From contig CAZZIO010000040.1 in NCBI GenBank assembly GCA_964654465.1, positions 64,001 to 128,000 of the forward strand: DNA of 64,000 nucleotides, given 5' to 3'. Position numbers and translations under genes: made by a program. Position 1 is the stretch's first letter. Every line of letters begins with the position of its first letter. Source of the stretch: an uncultured Dictyoglomota bacterium (lineage in GTDB: Bacteria; Dictyoglomota; Dictyoglomia; Dictyoglomales; Dictyoglomaceae). Shown piece after piece: positions 1 through 10,075 of the stretch. Below the pieces are notes generated by a model that made no database searches, was not told the origin of the DNA, and saw nothing but the letters and a program-made list of their open reading frames with translations.

Positions 1-618
1 ATTTGCAAGATTATATATCTTTGGAACTATTCCAACAGTAGAAATAGTTATATGTTTACTACCTATTCCAAACCCCCAATCACTGTTGAATATCTCTATA
101 GATCTTATTACTGCATCATAATTAGCTAAAGGTTCACCCATTCCCATAAAAACAATATTGGAAATTCTTTCTCCTTCTTTCCATAACTCTTTTTGAATTG
201 TCAATGCCTGCCCAATAATCTCTTCAATCTTTAAATTTCTTTTCAAACCTATTAGTCCTGTAGCACAAAATTTACAAGAAAAAGAACAACCTACCTGCAC
301 TGATATACATATGGTATTTCTATTATGATGTCTTATAAGAACGGTTTCTATATTTTCACCATCTGATAATTGTAAAAGATATTTGAAGGTATTACCTGCA
401 TCTTTCTTATCAACAACATGAGGAAGGTCAAAAGAGAAAAACTCTTTTAATTTATTTCTTAGATTCATAGGCAAATTACTCATCTTCTCAGGATCCCATT
501 CTCCTTTTTTATATATCCAATTCAAAATCTGATCTACCCTATAGGATAGCTCATTCCATCCTTTCAATATCTCTAAAAGATTTTCTTTATTTAGTGAAAA
601 TATATTTTTAGTACTCAC
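1..618 (-). CDS. rlmN: Dual-specificity 23S rRNA/tRNA radical-SAM methyltransferase RlmN (5' part; runs off the window edge)
   Basis: Not in ORF track. Manual translation from GTG at 618: MSTKNIFSL...IETVLI...TICISVQVGCSFSCKFCATG...NIVFMGMGEPLAN...ITISTVG (CxxxCxxC and MGMGEP motifs); follows rsmB. Confidence 0.95.
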   Translation of the reverse strand, partial: MSTKNIFSLNKENLLEILKGWNELSYRVDQILNWIYKKGEWDPEKMSNLPMNLRNKLKEFFSFDLPHVVDKKDAGNTFKYLLQLSDGENIETVLIRHHNRNTICISVQVGCSFSCKFCATGLIGLKRNLKIEEIIGQALTIQKELWKEGERISNIVFMGMGEPLANYDAVIRSIEIFNSDWGFGIGSKHITISTVGIVPKIYNLAN

Positions 619-1903
619 GGCTCAACAAGCTAATAAAAAAACCATCAGTTTTATATTTATAGGGTAAAACTCTAAATATCCCATTAAACTCCTCATATCT
701 ATAGGAGAATTTTTCTAAAATAAAATTGGGATTATTTTGGAGAAAAGATAAAACCACACCTTCATTCTCACTCCAAGTAAGCGTACATGTACTATAAAGA
801 ATTTTTCCTCCTCTTTTAACTAATTTTCCTGCTCTCTCTAAAATCTTTAATTGTAATTTAGAATTTTCATAAATTTGATCCTTTGATAACCTCCACTTTA
901 TTTCGGGTTTATGACTTAAAACCCCTAAACCTGTACATGGAGCATCTAAAAGAACTTTATCAAAAATACCATTAAAAGATTCTGGAATAGATGTAGCATC
1001 TATATTTAAAGTCTCTATTATTTTAACTCCTAGCCTTTTTGCATTCTCTTCTACCAAACCTATCCTATTTTTATTAATATCCACAGATACAATTTTTCCC
1101 TCATTTTTCATTAATTCAGCCATATGTGTACTTTTAAGCCCTGGAGCAGAACAAAGATCAATAACTTTTTCTCCTGGTTTTGGATTTAATATTAAAGCAG
1201 GTAACATAGAAGCTTCACTCTGTACAATGAAATAACCTTCTCTAAATAGGTCCAAATTTTCTAAAAAAACTCCATTTTTCACTATTAAGGCTTGATCAAC
1301 CAAATAACCATCTTCTACATCAATACTTCTTTTTGTTAATTCTCTTTTCAATTCTTCTTTATTTGTTTTCAATGTATTCACCCTTAAAGAAAATCTCTGA
1401 GGTCTATTACTCCAAGACGCTATCTTAATCTTTTCAGTTGTGCCTAAATAATCGTCCCATTCATCTAATATAAAATCTGGAATAGCATATTTTAAATTTT
1501 CAGGAAAAGATCTTAAATCAACATTATTTCTATTTTCAATGATTCTTCTTGCAACGGCGTTTATTAATTTAACTTCTCTAGGAGCTTTTTCTTTTGCTAC
1601 TTCAACGATTTCATTTATTGCAATAGGAAGAATAGTATTTCTAATAAAATATACATGATATACTACTAATCTTAAAAGAATTTTTGCATATAAAGAAAGA
1701 TTATTTTTTTTAACATATTTTCTCCATATAAAATCTAATGTATCTCTCCACCTCGTAACTCCATAAACTAACTCGGTAATAAGATGTTTTTCATTGATAG
1801 AAAGATTATAAATAGGAAGCCTATTCCTCAGAAGAATATTTAAATAGGCTTCCTTCTTTTCTAATTCATATAAAATCTCAGCTGACCTTTTTCTTACCTC
1901 CAT
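608..1903 (-). CDS. rsmB: 16S rRNA m5C967 methyltransferase RsmB (Sun)
   Basis: NusB-like N-terminus, DLCSAPGLKS, DAPCTGLG, YSTCT motifs; def-fmt-rsmB synteny. Confidence 0.95.
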   Translation of the reverse strand: MEVRKRSAEILYELEKKEAYLNILLRNRLPIYNLSINEKHLITELVYGVTRWRDTLDFIWRKYVKKNNLSLYAKILLRLVVYHVYFIRNTILPIAINEIVEVAKEKAPREVKLINAVARRIIENRNNVDLRSFPENLKYAIPDFILDEWDDYLGTTEKIKIASWSNRPQRFSLRVNTLKTNKEELKRELTKRSIDVEDGYLVDQALIVKNGVFLENLDLFREGYFIVQSEASMLPALILNPKPGEKVIDLCSAPGLKSTHMAELMKNEGKIVSVDINKNRIGLVEENAKRLGVKIIETLNIDATSIPESFNGIFDKVLLDAPCTGLGVLSHKPEIKWRLSKDQIYENSKLQLKILERAGKLVKRGGKILYSTCTLTWSENEGVVLSFLQNNPNFILEKFSYRYEEFNGIFRVLPYKYKTDGFFISLLSREY

Positions 1904-2592
1904 TAGTCGCGATTTCTCATATTTGCAAGTAAAATAAGACGGAAGAGGTTCAATAATGCAGTTAAAGCAGCAGCAAGATAAGTAAGAGCTGCAGCATTTA
2001 AAACTTGCTTTACTCCCTCTGCTTCTTTAGGTGTAACAATTCCCAAAGATAATAAAATCTCACGAGCTCTTTTACTTGCATTAATTTCCACAGGAAGAGT
2101 AACAATATAGAAAAGTACAGCCAAAGAGAAGGCCAATATACCGATATTCATGAGACTGGGGCTACCAAATAAAAATCCTAAGAAGAAAAGTGGAAAAGCA
2201 AGATTAGTCCCTAAATTAGCTATAGGTACAAGAGAAGATCTAAGAGCAAGAGCATAATAACCTGTAGCATGTTGAACAGCATGTCCAATTTCATGAGCAG
2301 CTACACCTACTGCTGCCACAGAATAAGAAGAGTAAACAGGTTCGGAAAGCCTCAAAACCTTTGATGATGGATCATAATGATCTGTGAGACTTCCTGGAGC
2401 CATTTCTATTCTCACATCATTTAAACCAAGAGCTCTCAATATTATTTCAGCCGCTTCTCTTCCCGTTAATCTCTTAGAGTTAGGTATCTCTGAATAATAT
2501 GTAAAGGTCGATCTAACTTTTAAGCTCGCATATATAGACAATAACAATGCAGGTAGCAATATAATATATGTAGGATCCCAAAAGAAAAACAT
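1903..2592 (-). CDS. YugP-family membrane zinc metallopeptidase
   Basis: LTDHYDP, AAHEIGHAVQH (HExxH), TLPVEINASKRA, AAALTY; hydrophobic segments. Confidence 0.9.
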   Translation of the reverse strand: MFFFWDPTYIILLPALLLSIYASLKVRSTFTYYSEIPNSKRLTGREAAEIILRALGLNDVRIEMAPGSLTDHYDPSSKVLRLSEPVYSSYSVAAVGVAAHEIGHAVQHATGYYALALRSSLVPIANLGTNLAFPLFFLGFLFGSPSLMNIGILAFSLAVLFYIVTLPVEINASKRAREILLSLGIVTPKEAEGVKQVLNAAALTYLAAALTALLNLFRLILLANMRNRD

Positions 2593-2621
2593 TTATATAT
2601 CACCTCCCAATTAATATATTA

Positions 2622-3563
2622 TTAATCAAATTTTTCACCTATACTTAGACGATAACCATTTAAAAATTCTTTATAAGTCATCTTTTTTTTATTTTCAGGT
2701 TGAAGCTCCAATATATATAATATTCCATTTGTAGCTTTAATACCAATGCCTTTATTTCTATCTATAACAGAAATAGTACCATTTTCATATTCTAAATAGT
2801 TATTAGTAATCTCGTAATTTGCCTTGTAAACTTTAAGAATTTTACCTCTAAAAAAGGTAAAAGCACCAGGTTCTGGAGACAAAGCTCTAATCTGACACCA
2901 TATTTTTTTAACATGATTATTCCAGTCTATTCTCTCCTCTTCTTTAGAAATCTTAGGAGCATAAGTTGCCTCACTATCATTTTGAGGTGTAGGTTTTAAA
3001 GTACCATCTTTTATTTTAGGAAGCACCTCTAAAAGTAAATCTGCCCCTAAATTAGCTAATTTTATAGTTAAGGATTCCCTGTTGTCTTCAGGAAGAATAG
3101 GAATCTTCCTTATTGCATAAACTGGTCCTGTATCTAAGCCTTTTTCCATTTGCATAATAGAAATTCCTGTCTCATCTTCACAATTCATTAGAGCTCTTTC
3201 GATAGGAGATGCACCTCTATACTTAGGTAAACAAGATGCATGGATATTAATACCACCAAAAGATGGTATAAGCAAAAGGTTTTCTGGTAGTATCTTTCCA
3301 TAAGCTGCAACTATAAAGGCATCAGGATTAAGATTTTTTATAATTTCATCTATTTCAAAATTATTCCTTAATCTCTCTGGCTGATATAGAGGAATATTTT
3401 TCTCCTTAGCAAAAAGTTTAACAGGAGATGGAATTATTTTTTTACCTCTTCCTTGCGGTTTATCAGGTTGAGTTACTACTGCCAATATATTTAATTTCTC
3501 GTATATTTTTTCTAATATAATTCTTGCAAAAATTGGAGTACCGAAAAATATTACCCTCATCAT
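2622..3563 (-). CDS. fmt: Methionyl-tRNA formyltransferase
   Basis: FFGTPIFA, VTQPDKPQGRG, INIHASCLPKYRGASPI, LDTGP. Confidence 0.97.
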   Translation of the reverse strand: MMRVIFFGTPIFARIILEKIYEKLNILAVVTQPDKPQGRGKKIIPSPVKLFAKEKNIPLYQPERLRNNFEIDEIIKNLNPDAFIVAAYGKILPENLLLIPSFGGINIHASCLPKYRGASPIERALMNCEDETGISIMQMEKGLDTGPVYAIRKIPILPEDNRESLTIKLANLGADLLLEVLPKIKDGTLKPTPQNDSEATYAPKISKEEERIDWNNHVKKIWCQIRALSPEPGAFTFFRGKILKVYKANYEITNNYLEYENGTISVIDRNKGIGIKATNGILYILELQPENKKKMTYKEFLNGYRLSIGEKFD

Positions 3564-4018
3564 ATATTGTTTCCTACCTCTTCTGCTATACCTCTATCCA
3601 CAATTAAAAATCCATCTAAATGATCTATCTCATGTTGAATAATCCTTGCTAAAAGACCCTTTGCTCTATATTTTTTCACTTTTCCACTTAAATCTTGAGC
3701 CTTAAAAACAATTCTTTCATATCTTTTTATTTTTAACTCTATACCTGGAATACTCAAACAACCCTCTAAATCAATAACCTCTCCTTCAGCCTCCAATATT
3801 TCAGGGTTAATAAAAGCAATAGGTTTATTTTCATAATCGACCACTATAATTCTAAGAGATTCTCCTACTTGAGGAGCAGCAAGTCCTACACCATTTGCAA
3901 ATTTCATCGTCTCAATCATATCCTCTACAAGTCTCTTAATCTTTGTATCTATACTCTCAACTTTATGAGCTTTTTGCTTTAACACTGGATCTCCAATCTT
4001 TCTTATTTCAAGTATCAT
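3560..4018 (-). CDS. def: Peptide deformylase
   Basis: GVGLAAPQVG, EGCLS, QHEIDHLDG. Confidence 0.98.
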   Translation of the reverse strand: MILEIRKIGDPVLKQKAHKVESIDTKIKRLVEDMIETMKFANGVGLAAPQVGESLRIIVVDYENKPIAFINPEILEAEGEVIDLEGCLSIPGIELKIKRYERIVFKAQDLSGKVKKYRAKGLLARIIQHEIDHLDGFLIVDRGIAEEVGNNI

Positions 4019-4030
4019 TTTTATATCACC

Positions 4031-6148
4031 TCATAAATTAGTTTCCTTCATATCTACATTTATTATAAATTTTACATTAGAAAAAGGAGTTTTACTATCC
4101 TCACAAATATTCTTTAGCATCCTACTCTCTATAATTCCTTTTCTGTCTTTTATCAATATCTGATATCTAAACTTATCCTTTATAAGATAAGGATAAAAAG
4201 GAGCTGGTCCTAAAACCTCCAAATCAGCATATTTTTCCTCCAATATAGCTACCATCTTTTTACCCTCATCCACAACCTCGTCTTCATCCGAACCTTCTAC
4301 TATAATCTGATGTAAAATAGAAAAGGGAGGATAAAAAAGTGATTTTCTTAATTTCAACTCATAATTTAAAAAGGTACCATAAGAATTGCTTTTTATAGCT
4401 TTTACCACATAATGGGAAGGAGAATAAGTTCTTAATATGATTTCTTCACCTTTAAAGAAAGATTTAATTCTATTTAACATATTGAAAGCCTTTTCAGGCA
4501 TAGAAAAATCAGGGATATGAATGAAATTATCCAAATTATATATTATAAGAACTCCTGCATCTTCAAGATCTAACCAAGGTTCTATCATTTTTGTACCTAC
4601 AATAATATCAGCCTCTTTTATTAAGGATTCACCCTGAAGCTCTATCTCACTATCTATTCTTAGAACCTTATAATTCTTGAAAGTTTTAACCAAATATCTC
4701 TCAAGTTTTTCAGTACCGATACCACCAAAAATAAAATTATATCCTTGACATACAGGGCACATGGTAGGTGGAAGAGAAGTAAAACCACAGTAATGACATT
4801 TTAAAACTTTGTCTTCATCTTGATGAAAAACTAACGGTGATCTACAATGAGGACACATAAAAATATATCCACAATCTACACATTGAATATATGTAGAAAA
4901 ACCTAAGCGATTTAACAATATCAGAACTTTCCTCTTTATCCTCATATTATCATTTATTCTCTTTGTGGAATAGCTATCTAAAAAATCTTCGTTTCTAATT
5001 CTTCTTAAATCAATTATCGTAATTTTTTTCTTTATTAAATCGGGAATTCTGACAAAATTAAACATTTTTTTAGAAATAGCCTGATAAAAATCCCTTATAG
5101 AGGGAGAACTAGATCCCAATATGATGGGAATTCCCTCAAACTCTGCCCTTTTTAAAGCTACTTTAACACCATCATATTTGGGTTCTTTCTCTCTTATATC
5201 ATAAAACTCATTCTCTTCTTGATCAACAATAATTACCCCAAGATTATTAAAGGGTAAAAAAAGTCCTTTAGTTGTACTAAGAATAATAGCCCTTTCAGTT
5301 CCTGCAATTTTATATACTCTATATGCCTGAGCCTCTGTTAAAAGTCCATGGTAAAAGTAAAAGGGGACTGGAACTAAATCTGATAAAAATTCACCAAATT
5401 TAATTAAAGTCTTTATAGTTGGAAATACCAAGAGGACACTTTTTCCTTTCTGATAAAAATATTTTAATAACTCAAAATACATTTTCCATCTTTTTTTCTG
5501 AGATTCAACAAAAAGCAAAAGAGGTTTATTAACAATTTTAAGTATATTATCCATATCTATTTCAAGGTTTCCCCAACTATCGCTGATCTTTTCACTTTGA
5601 AAAACAGTTTTTCTTGGTGCCTTCTCCTTTATTACAATTTCAAATCTCTCCTCTATGGCCCCTTTTTTAATAAGCTCATTTATAACAGATTCAGAAATCT
5701 TTCCTACTTCTTTTTTTAGTTCTTCCACTGTTTTTTCCTCAAAAAGGCTTATAAAAACTTTTTCTTGCTTTTTTGTCATATCTACAGCCACATCCTTAGC
5801 TACTAAATATCTTTTAACATCTAAATCAATTCCTGTAGGAAATATATAATTTGCGGTCCTATATAAAGAATTCCCATAGTAATCACTTACCCAATTAACT
5901 AAATTAATAAGAGGTGTTCCAAGAGATGGAACCTCTGTAAGCCGAGCATGTATCGGCTGAAGATTATATTCTATGCTATTATCTTCTAAGATATCCCAAA
6001 TATAACCAATTTTTTTAGATTTTTTTAGAGGAACAATAACAGGACTACCTATTTCAATATATGAAAATTCCTCTGGAATTGAATAGTATAAAAAATCTCT
6101 TTCTGGAATATAGGTTTCAAAAAGAATTACTTTTGCTACCTTCACCAA
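4031..6148 (-). CDS. priA: Primosomal protein N' (PriA) with degenerate helicase motifs
   Basis: Four CxxC pairs (CVDC, CPHC, CHYC, CPVC), GIGTEKLE, YPPFS, VLGPAP, RYQILIK; rpoZ-priA-def synteny. Walker A/B not recognisable. Confidence 0.9.
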   Translation of the reverse strand: MVKVAKVILFETYIPERDFLYYSIPEEFSYIEIGSPVIVPLKKSKKIGYIWDILEDNSIEYNLQPIHARLTEVPSLGTPLINLVNWVSDYYGNSLYRTANYIFPTGIDLDVKRYLVAKDVAVDMTKKQEKVFISLFEEKTVEELKKEVGKISESVINELIKKGAIEERFEIVIKEKAPRKTVFQSEKISDSWGNLEIDMDNILKIVNKPLLLFVESQKKRWKMYFELLKYFYQKGKSVLLVFPTIKTLIKFGEFLSDLVPVPFYFYHGLLTEAQAYRVYKIAGTERAIILSTTKGLFLPFNNLGVIIVDQEENEFYDIREKEPKYDGVKVALKRAEFEGIPIILGSSSPSIRDFYQAISKKMFNFVRIPDLIKKKITIIDLRRIRNEDFLDSYSTKRINDNMRIKRKVLILLNRLGFSTYIQCVDCGYIFMCPHCRSPLVFHQDEDKVLKCHYCGFTSLPPTMCPVCQGYNFIFGGIGTEKLERYLVKTFKNYKVLRIDSEIELQGESLIKEADIIVGTKMIEPWLDLEDAGVLIIYNLDNFIHIPDFSMPEKAFNMLNRIKSFFKGEEIILRTYSPSHYVVKAIKSNSYGTFLNYELKLRKSLFYPPFSILHQIIVEGSDEDEVVDEGKKMVAILEEKYADLEVLGPAPFYPYLIKDKFRYQILIKDRKGIIESRMLKNICEDSKTPFSNVKFIINVDMKETNL

Positions 6149-6154
6149 AAGCTC

Positions 6155-6358
6155 TTATAGTTCGCTCTCTTCTCCCTCTTTAAAGGTAACCTTTCCTTTA
6201 GCTATTTCTTCCATAGCAAGAATTAATGGATCCTTAGCCACAGTCTTTAAGAACTTTAGTTCCTCAAAAATTTGTCTTGCCCTTTTTGAAACTGTTACTG
6301 TCAATACATATTTATTTGAGATTTTTTCTAAAAGTTCATCAATATTAAGTTCTTTCAT
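6155..6358 (-). CDS. rpoZ: RNA polymerase omega subunit
   Basis: [25 protein letters not shown]...AMEEI; start moved to ATG 6358, preceded by SD GGAGGTG. Confidence 0.93.
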   Translation of the reverse strand: MKELNIDELLEKISNKYVLTVTVSKRARQIFEELKFLKTVAKDPLILAMEEIAKGKVTFKEGEESEL

Positions 6359-6974
6359 TAAACTCACCTCCAAATAATTTTAAAAAATATTCAATTTTCT
6401 CCCTACAAAGTTTATGCCTCTCTGCTATTATAATACTTCTTACTCTATCAACTGCATTTTCTAGATCATCATTTATAACAGCATAATCATAATAAGAAAT
6501 TTTAGAAATTTCAAGAGGAGCATTCTTAAGACGGATTTCTAAATCTCTTAGATTCTCTGTTTCTCTGCCTATAAGTCTTCTTTTTAATTCTTCAAAATCA
6601 GGTGGTAAAACAAATATTAATATGGCTTTATCATAAATCTTTTTCACATTTATTCCACCTTGCACATCAATTTTTAATATAACATCAACCCCTTTATTCA
6701 CAAACTCCTCTATTATTCTCTTGGGAGTACCATATAGATATCCATGCACCGCTGCCCATTCTAAGAACTCTCCCTTTTCAACCATTTCCTTAAAAGTTTT
6801 TTCATCTGTAAAATAGTAACTTTTACCTTCTACCTCTCCTAATCTTTTGGGTCTTGTGGTAAAAGATACAGATTTTACTAAGTTTGGTACCAATCCAAGA
6901 AGTCTTTCTAAAATAGCATCCTTACCAACTCCAGAAGGGCCAGAAAGAACAAAAAGATTCCCTTTAAAAATCAT
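6345..6974 (-). CDS. gmk: Guanylate kinase
   Basis: [32 protein letters not shown]. Confidence 0.98.
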   Translation of the reverse strand: MIFKGNLFVLSGPSGVGKDAILERLLGLVPNLVKSVSFTTRPKRLGEVEGKSYYFTDEKTFKEMVEKGEFLEWAAVHGYLYGTPKRIIEEFVNKGVDVILKIDVQGGINVKKIYDKAILIFVLPPDFEELKRRLIGRETENLRDLEIRLKNAPLEISKISYYDYAVINDDLENAVDRVRSIIIAERHKLCREKIEYFLKLFGGEFNERT

Positions 6975-7231
6975 TTTTCATTCTCCTCTAATTTTTCTCC
7001 ACCCTCTATTCTTGCTGCAATAGTTTCTGGATGTAAAGCAGACAAAACTATATGACCACTATCTAATACAAGTACAGCTCTTGTCTTTCTCCCATAAGTT
7101 GCATCTATAAGTTCATTACGATTTTTAGCATCAGATAAAAACCTTTTTATGGGTGCAGAATCAGGACTTATAATAGCCACAACTCTCGAGCTCACCACCA
7201 TATTACCAAACCCAATATTAATAAGTTTCAT
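6971..7231 (-). CDS. remA: RemA (YlzA/DUF370) family regulator
   Basis: [12 protein letters not shown]...SPDSAPIKR...[13 protein letters not shown]...HIVLSA; start at ATG 7231 (GTG 7243 alternative); yloC-remA-gmk synteny. Confidence 0.93.
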   Translation of the reverse strand: MKLINIGFGNMVVSSRVVAIISPDSAPIKRFLSDAKNRNELIDATYGRKTRAVLVLDSGHIVLSALHPETIAARIEGGEKLEENEK

Positions 7232-7249
7232 AATTAGTTCCACTCCCCT

Positions 7250-8107
7250 CTATTCAATATTTAATGTTAATTCTCTAATTTTTTCCAATTCTTTTTTTAG
7301 ATCAATAGCATAAAACATAATAGACGTTTTTGCAGTTTTACTTGATAAAGTATTTATTTCTCTATTCATTTCTTGAAGTATAAATTCCAATGTTTTCCCT
7401 ATAGACCCATCCTTTTTTATCTCTTCATAAAATCTTCTTATAAATTCATCAATCCTAGTTATCTCTTCATTGATATCAGTTTTCATAAGAAGAAGAGCAA
7501 TTTCTTGATAAAGTCTATCCTCATTTATAATGTTGAATTCAAATTCCTTTAACTTCTTTTCTAAAAAAAGTTTTGCCTCTTTTTGCCAATTCTCTTCTTC
7601 CCTTTTAACATTAGAAAGGAGTGTTTCTATTTTATTTAAACTTTCTAATATAGCCCTTTTAATGCTTTCTCCTTCTTCCCTTTTATATCCATCAAACTCT
7701 TCTATTAACAATTTTGTCTCGGAAATTATTTTTTTACAATCCTCTTCATTAAAAATTCTATTTTCTGTAAAGAATACTTGAGGGTTAGCAAGAATCTCTT
7801 TCCAATTATATATAGCCTCTGAATTTCCAGTAATTTTACCAAGATCTTTTAAGATATTACTAAGAAGATCTATATTTAACCTTGAATAATTTTCAGGTGA
7901 TTTATGAATCTTTAAGGAAAAAACCACATATCCCCTTTTTACATAGCGTTTTATCTCAGCAATTATTTCCCTTTCTAAAAAAGAAAGAGCATCAGGTAGG
8001 TTTACCTTAATTTCTAAAAACCGATGATTATAGCCTTTTATTTCTAAAAAAAAAGTAAGGCTATCAATAACAAATTCTCTAAATGCTGAAGAAGTCATAC
8101 TTTTCAT
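7250..8107 (-). CDS. yloC: YicC/YloC family endoribonuclease
   Basis: MKSMT, NHRFLEI, DINEEITR, GKTLEFILQEMNREINTLSSK, LEKIRE. Confidence 0.93.
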   Translation of the reverse strand: MKSMTSSAFREFVIDSLTFFLEIKGYNHRFLEIKVNLPDALSFLEREIIAEIKRYVKRGYVVFSLKIHKSPENYSRLNIDLLSNILKDLGKITGNSEAIYNWKEILANPQVFFTENRIFNEEDCKKIISETKLLIEEFDGYKREEGESIKRAILESLNKIETLLSNVKREEENWQKEAKLFLEKKLKEFEFNIINEDRLYQEIALLLMKTDINEEITRIDEFIRRFYEEIKKDGSIGKTLEFILQEMNREINTLSSKTAKTSIMFYAIDLKKELEKIRELTLNIE

Positions 8108-8116
8108 TTTACTATA

Positions 8117-8145
8117 ATTTTACTTCACCACTTTACATTTGCCAA
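8117..8145 (-). promoter_or_regulatory. Putative sigma70 promoter of the yloC operon
   Basis: TTGGCA (8145-8140), 17 bp, TAAAAT (8122-8117); ATG follows after 9 nt. Confidence 0.55.
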
Positions 8146-8166
8146 GTGGAAAAATATATTTATAAT
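8139..8166 (+). promoter_or_regulatory. Putative sigma70 promoter of rsmI-plsX-pilT
   Basis: TTGCCA (8139-8144), 16 bp, TATAAT (8161-8166). Confidence 0.55.
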
Positions 8167-8177
8167 TTAAGGTAAGT

Positions 8178-9041
8178 ATGGGAAAATTATATGTAGTAGC
8201 AACACCAATAGGAAATTTAAAAGATATTACTTTTAGAGCTATAGAGGTTCTAAAAAGCTGTCCAATAATTGCTGCTGAGGATACTAATCATACTAAGATT
8301 TTATTAAAAAAATACGAGATTGAAAATAAAACTATCATCTCTTATCACAAATATAACGAGGAAAAAAGGGTAAAATTATTTTTAGATTTACTTATTAAAA
8401 AAAATTTAGATATTGCTTTGGTTTCAGATGCTGGAACACCATGTATATCTGATCCTGGTTATCAAATAGTAAAAACTGCTAGAGAAAATAATATAGATGT
8501 AATTCCAATTCCTGGCCCCTCATCACTAATAGCAGCTCTTTCCATATCAGGACTCCCTCTTAATACCTTCTACTTTGCAGGTTTTTTGCCTAAATCATCA
8601 AAAAGAACAGAGTATTTAAAAAAGATAGAAGAAAAAGAGATAGAAACTTTTGTTATATATGAATCTCCCAAGAGAATTGATGAACTTTTACAAGATATAT
8701 TAAAAATATTTCCCAATTCTATATTATGCGTATGTAGAGAACTTACAAAAACCTTCGAAAAGGTATATTATGGTAATATAGAAAAGGTAATAGAGGAAGT
8801 TAATAAAGATCCATATAAAGAAAAAGGAGAATATACTATCATAGTACACCGGGAAAGAAAGGCTAAAAAAGACTTCAAAAAAGATATTTCTATTGAAGCT
8901 ATACTTTTTGATGAACTTATTAAACAAGACCTTTCTTTAAAAGATGCAATTGAGAAAGTATCTAAAAAATTAAATATACCTAAAAAGGAAGTTTATAAGG
9001 CGTCAATAAACCTAAAAGAGAAAATTAAGAGAATATTATAA
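8178..9041 (+). CDS. rsmI: 16S rRNA C1402 2'-O-methyltransferase RsmI
   Basis: LYVVATPIGNLKDIT, AAEDT, VSDAGTPCISDPG, YESPKR, RELTKTFE. Confidence 0.97.
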   Translation: MGKLYVVATPIGNLKDITFRAIEVLKSCPIIAAEDTNHTKILLKKYEIENKTIISYHKYNEEKRVKLFLDLLIKKNLDIALVSDAGTPCISDPGYQIVKTARENNIDVIPIPGPSSLIAALSISGLPLNTFYFAGFLPKSSKRTEYLKKIEEKEIETFVIYESPKRIDELLQDILKIFPNSILCVCRELTKTFEKVYYGNIEKVIEEVNKDPYKEKGEYTIIVHRERKAKKDFKKDISIEAILFDELIKQDLSLKDAIEKVSKKLNIPKKEVYKASINLKEKIKRIL

Positions 9042-9067
9042 CATTTAGAAAGGAGGAACTTTATTTT

Positions 9068-10075
9068 ATGAAAATAGCTCTTGACGCAATGGGGGGAGAT
9101 TATGCTCCTATAGAGATTGTAAAAGGAGCCATTGAATCACTACCTGAAATAAAATCAACAATTGTACTTGTAGGGAATAAAACGTTAATTGAATACGAGT
9201 TAAACAAATACAAATTTGAGAAACATAGAATTGAAATAGTTCACGCAGAAGAAGTAATAGAAATGCACGAACATCCAGCTTTTGCAGTAAAAGAAAAAGA
9301 AGATTCCTCAATTGTAAAATCTATTAAATTAATAAAGGAAAAAAGCGTAGATGGAATGGTATCTGCAGGTAATACTGGAGCAGTAATGAGTAGCGCATTA
9401 CTCTATTTGGGAAGGCTAAAGGGAATTAAAAGACCAGCTATAACTACAGTTCTTCCTACTATAAACAACATACCCACTATTATGTTAGATATAGGGGCAA
9501 ATGTAGATTGTAAAAAGGAATATTTAGTACAATTTGCCTTAATGGGTAAAATATATATGGAATCAATTTTTAATGTAGAAAATCCTAAAATAGCATTACT
9601 AAATATAGGTGAAGAAGAGGGAAAAGGTAATCAGTTAGTTCAAGAAACTTATTCTTTATTAAAGAATACACCTTATTTCAATTTTTATGGAAATGTGGAA
9701 GGAAAAGATTTATTTAAAGGAATAGTTAATATAATTATATGCGACGGCTTTGTAGGGAATATTGCTATAAAAACAGCAGAGGGGGTTGCAGAAACCTTAC
9801 TTGAATTAATATCAAAAGAATTAAAGAGTTCATGGTGGAGTATTATTCTTGCATTACTTCTAAAATCAAAATTCAGAAATATAAAAAAAAGTATGGATTA
9901 TAGTGAATTTGGTGGAGCTCCTCTTCTTGGGATAAATGGTAATGTTATCATATCCCATGGAAGATCAAAGTCCAAAGCTATTAAAAATGCACTAAAATTA
10001 GCAGAAAAGGTGATTAACTTAAGAATTAATGATAAAATTATGGAAGGATTAGAAAAACTTTCCATAGAGGGGTGA
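9068..10075 (+). CDS. plsX: Phosphate acyltransferase PlsX
   Basis: IALDAMGGDYAP, SAGNTGA, DIGAN, LNIGEEEGKGN, CDGFVGN, GGAPLLG, HGRS. Confidence 0.98.
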   Translation: MKIALDAMGGDYAPIEIVKGAIESLPEIKSTIVLVGNKTLIEYELNKYKFEKHRIEIVHAEEVIEMHEHPAFAVKEKEDSSIVKSIKLIKEKSVDGMVSAGNTGAVMSSALLYLGRLKGIKRPAITTVLPTINNIPTIMLDIGANVDCKKEYLVQFALMGKIYMESIFNVENPKIALLNIGEEEGKGNQLVQETYSLLKNTPYFNFYGNVEGKDLFKGIVNIIICDGFVGNIAIKTAEGVAETLLELISKELKSSWWSIILALLLKSKFRNIKKSMDYSEFGGAPLLGINGNVIISHGRSKSKAIKNALKLAEKVINLRINDKIMEGLEKLSIEG

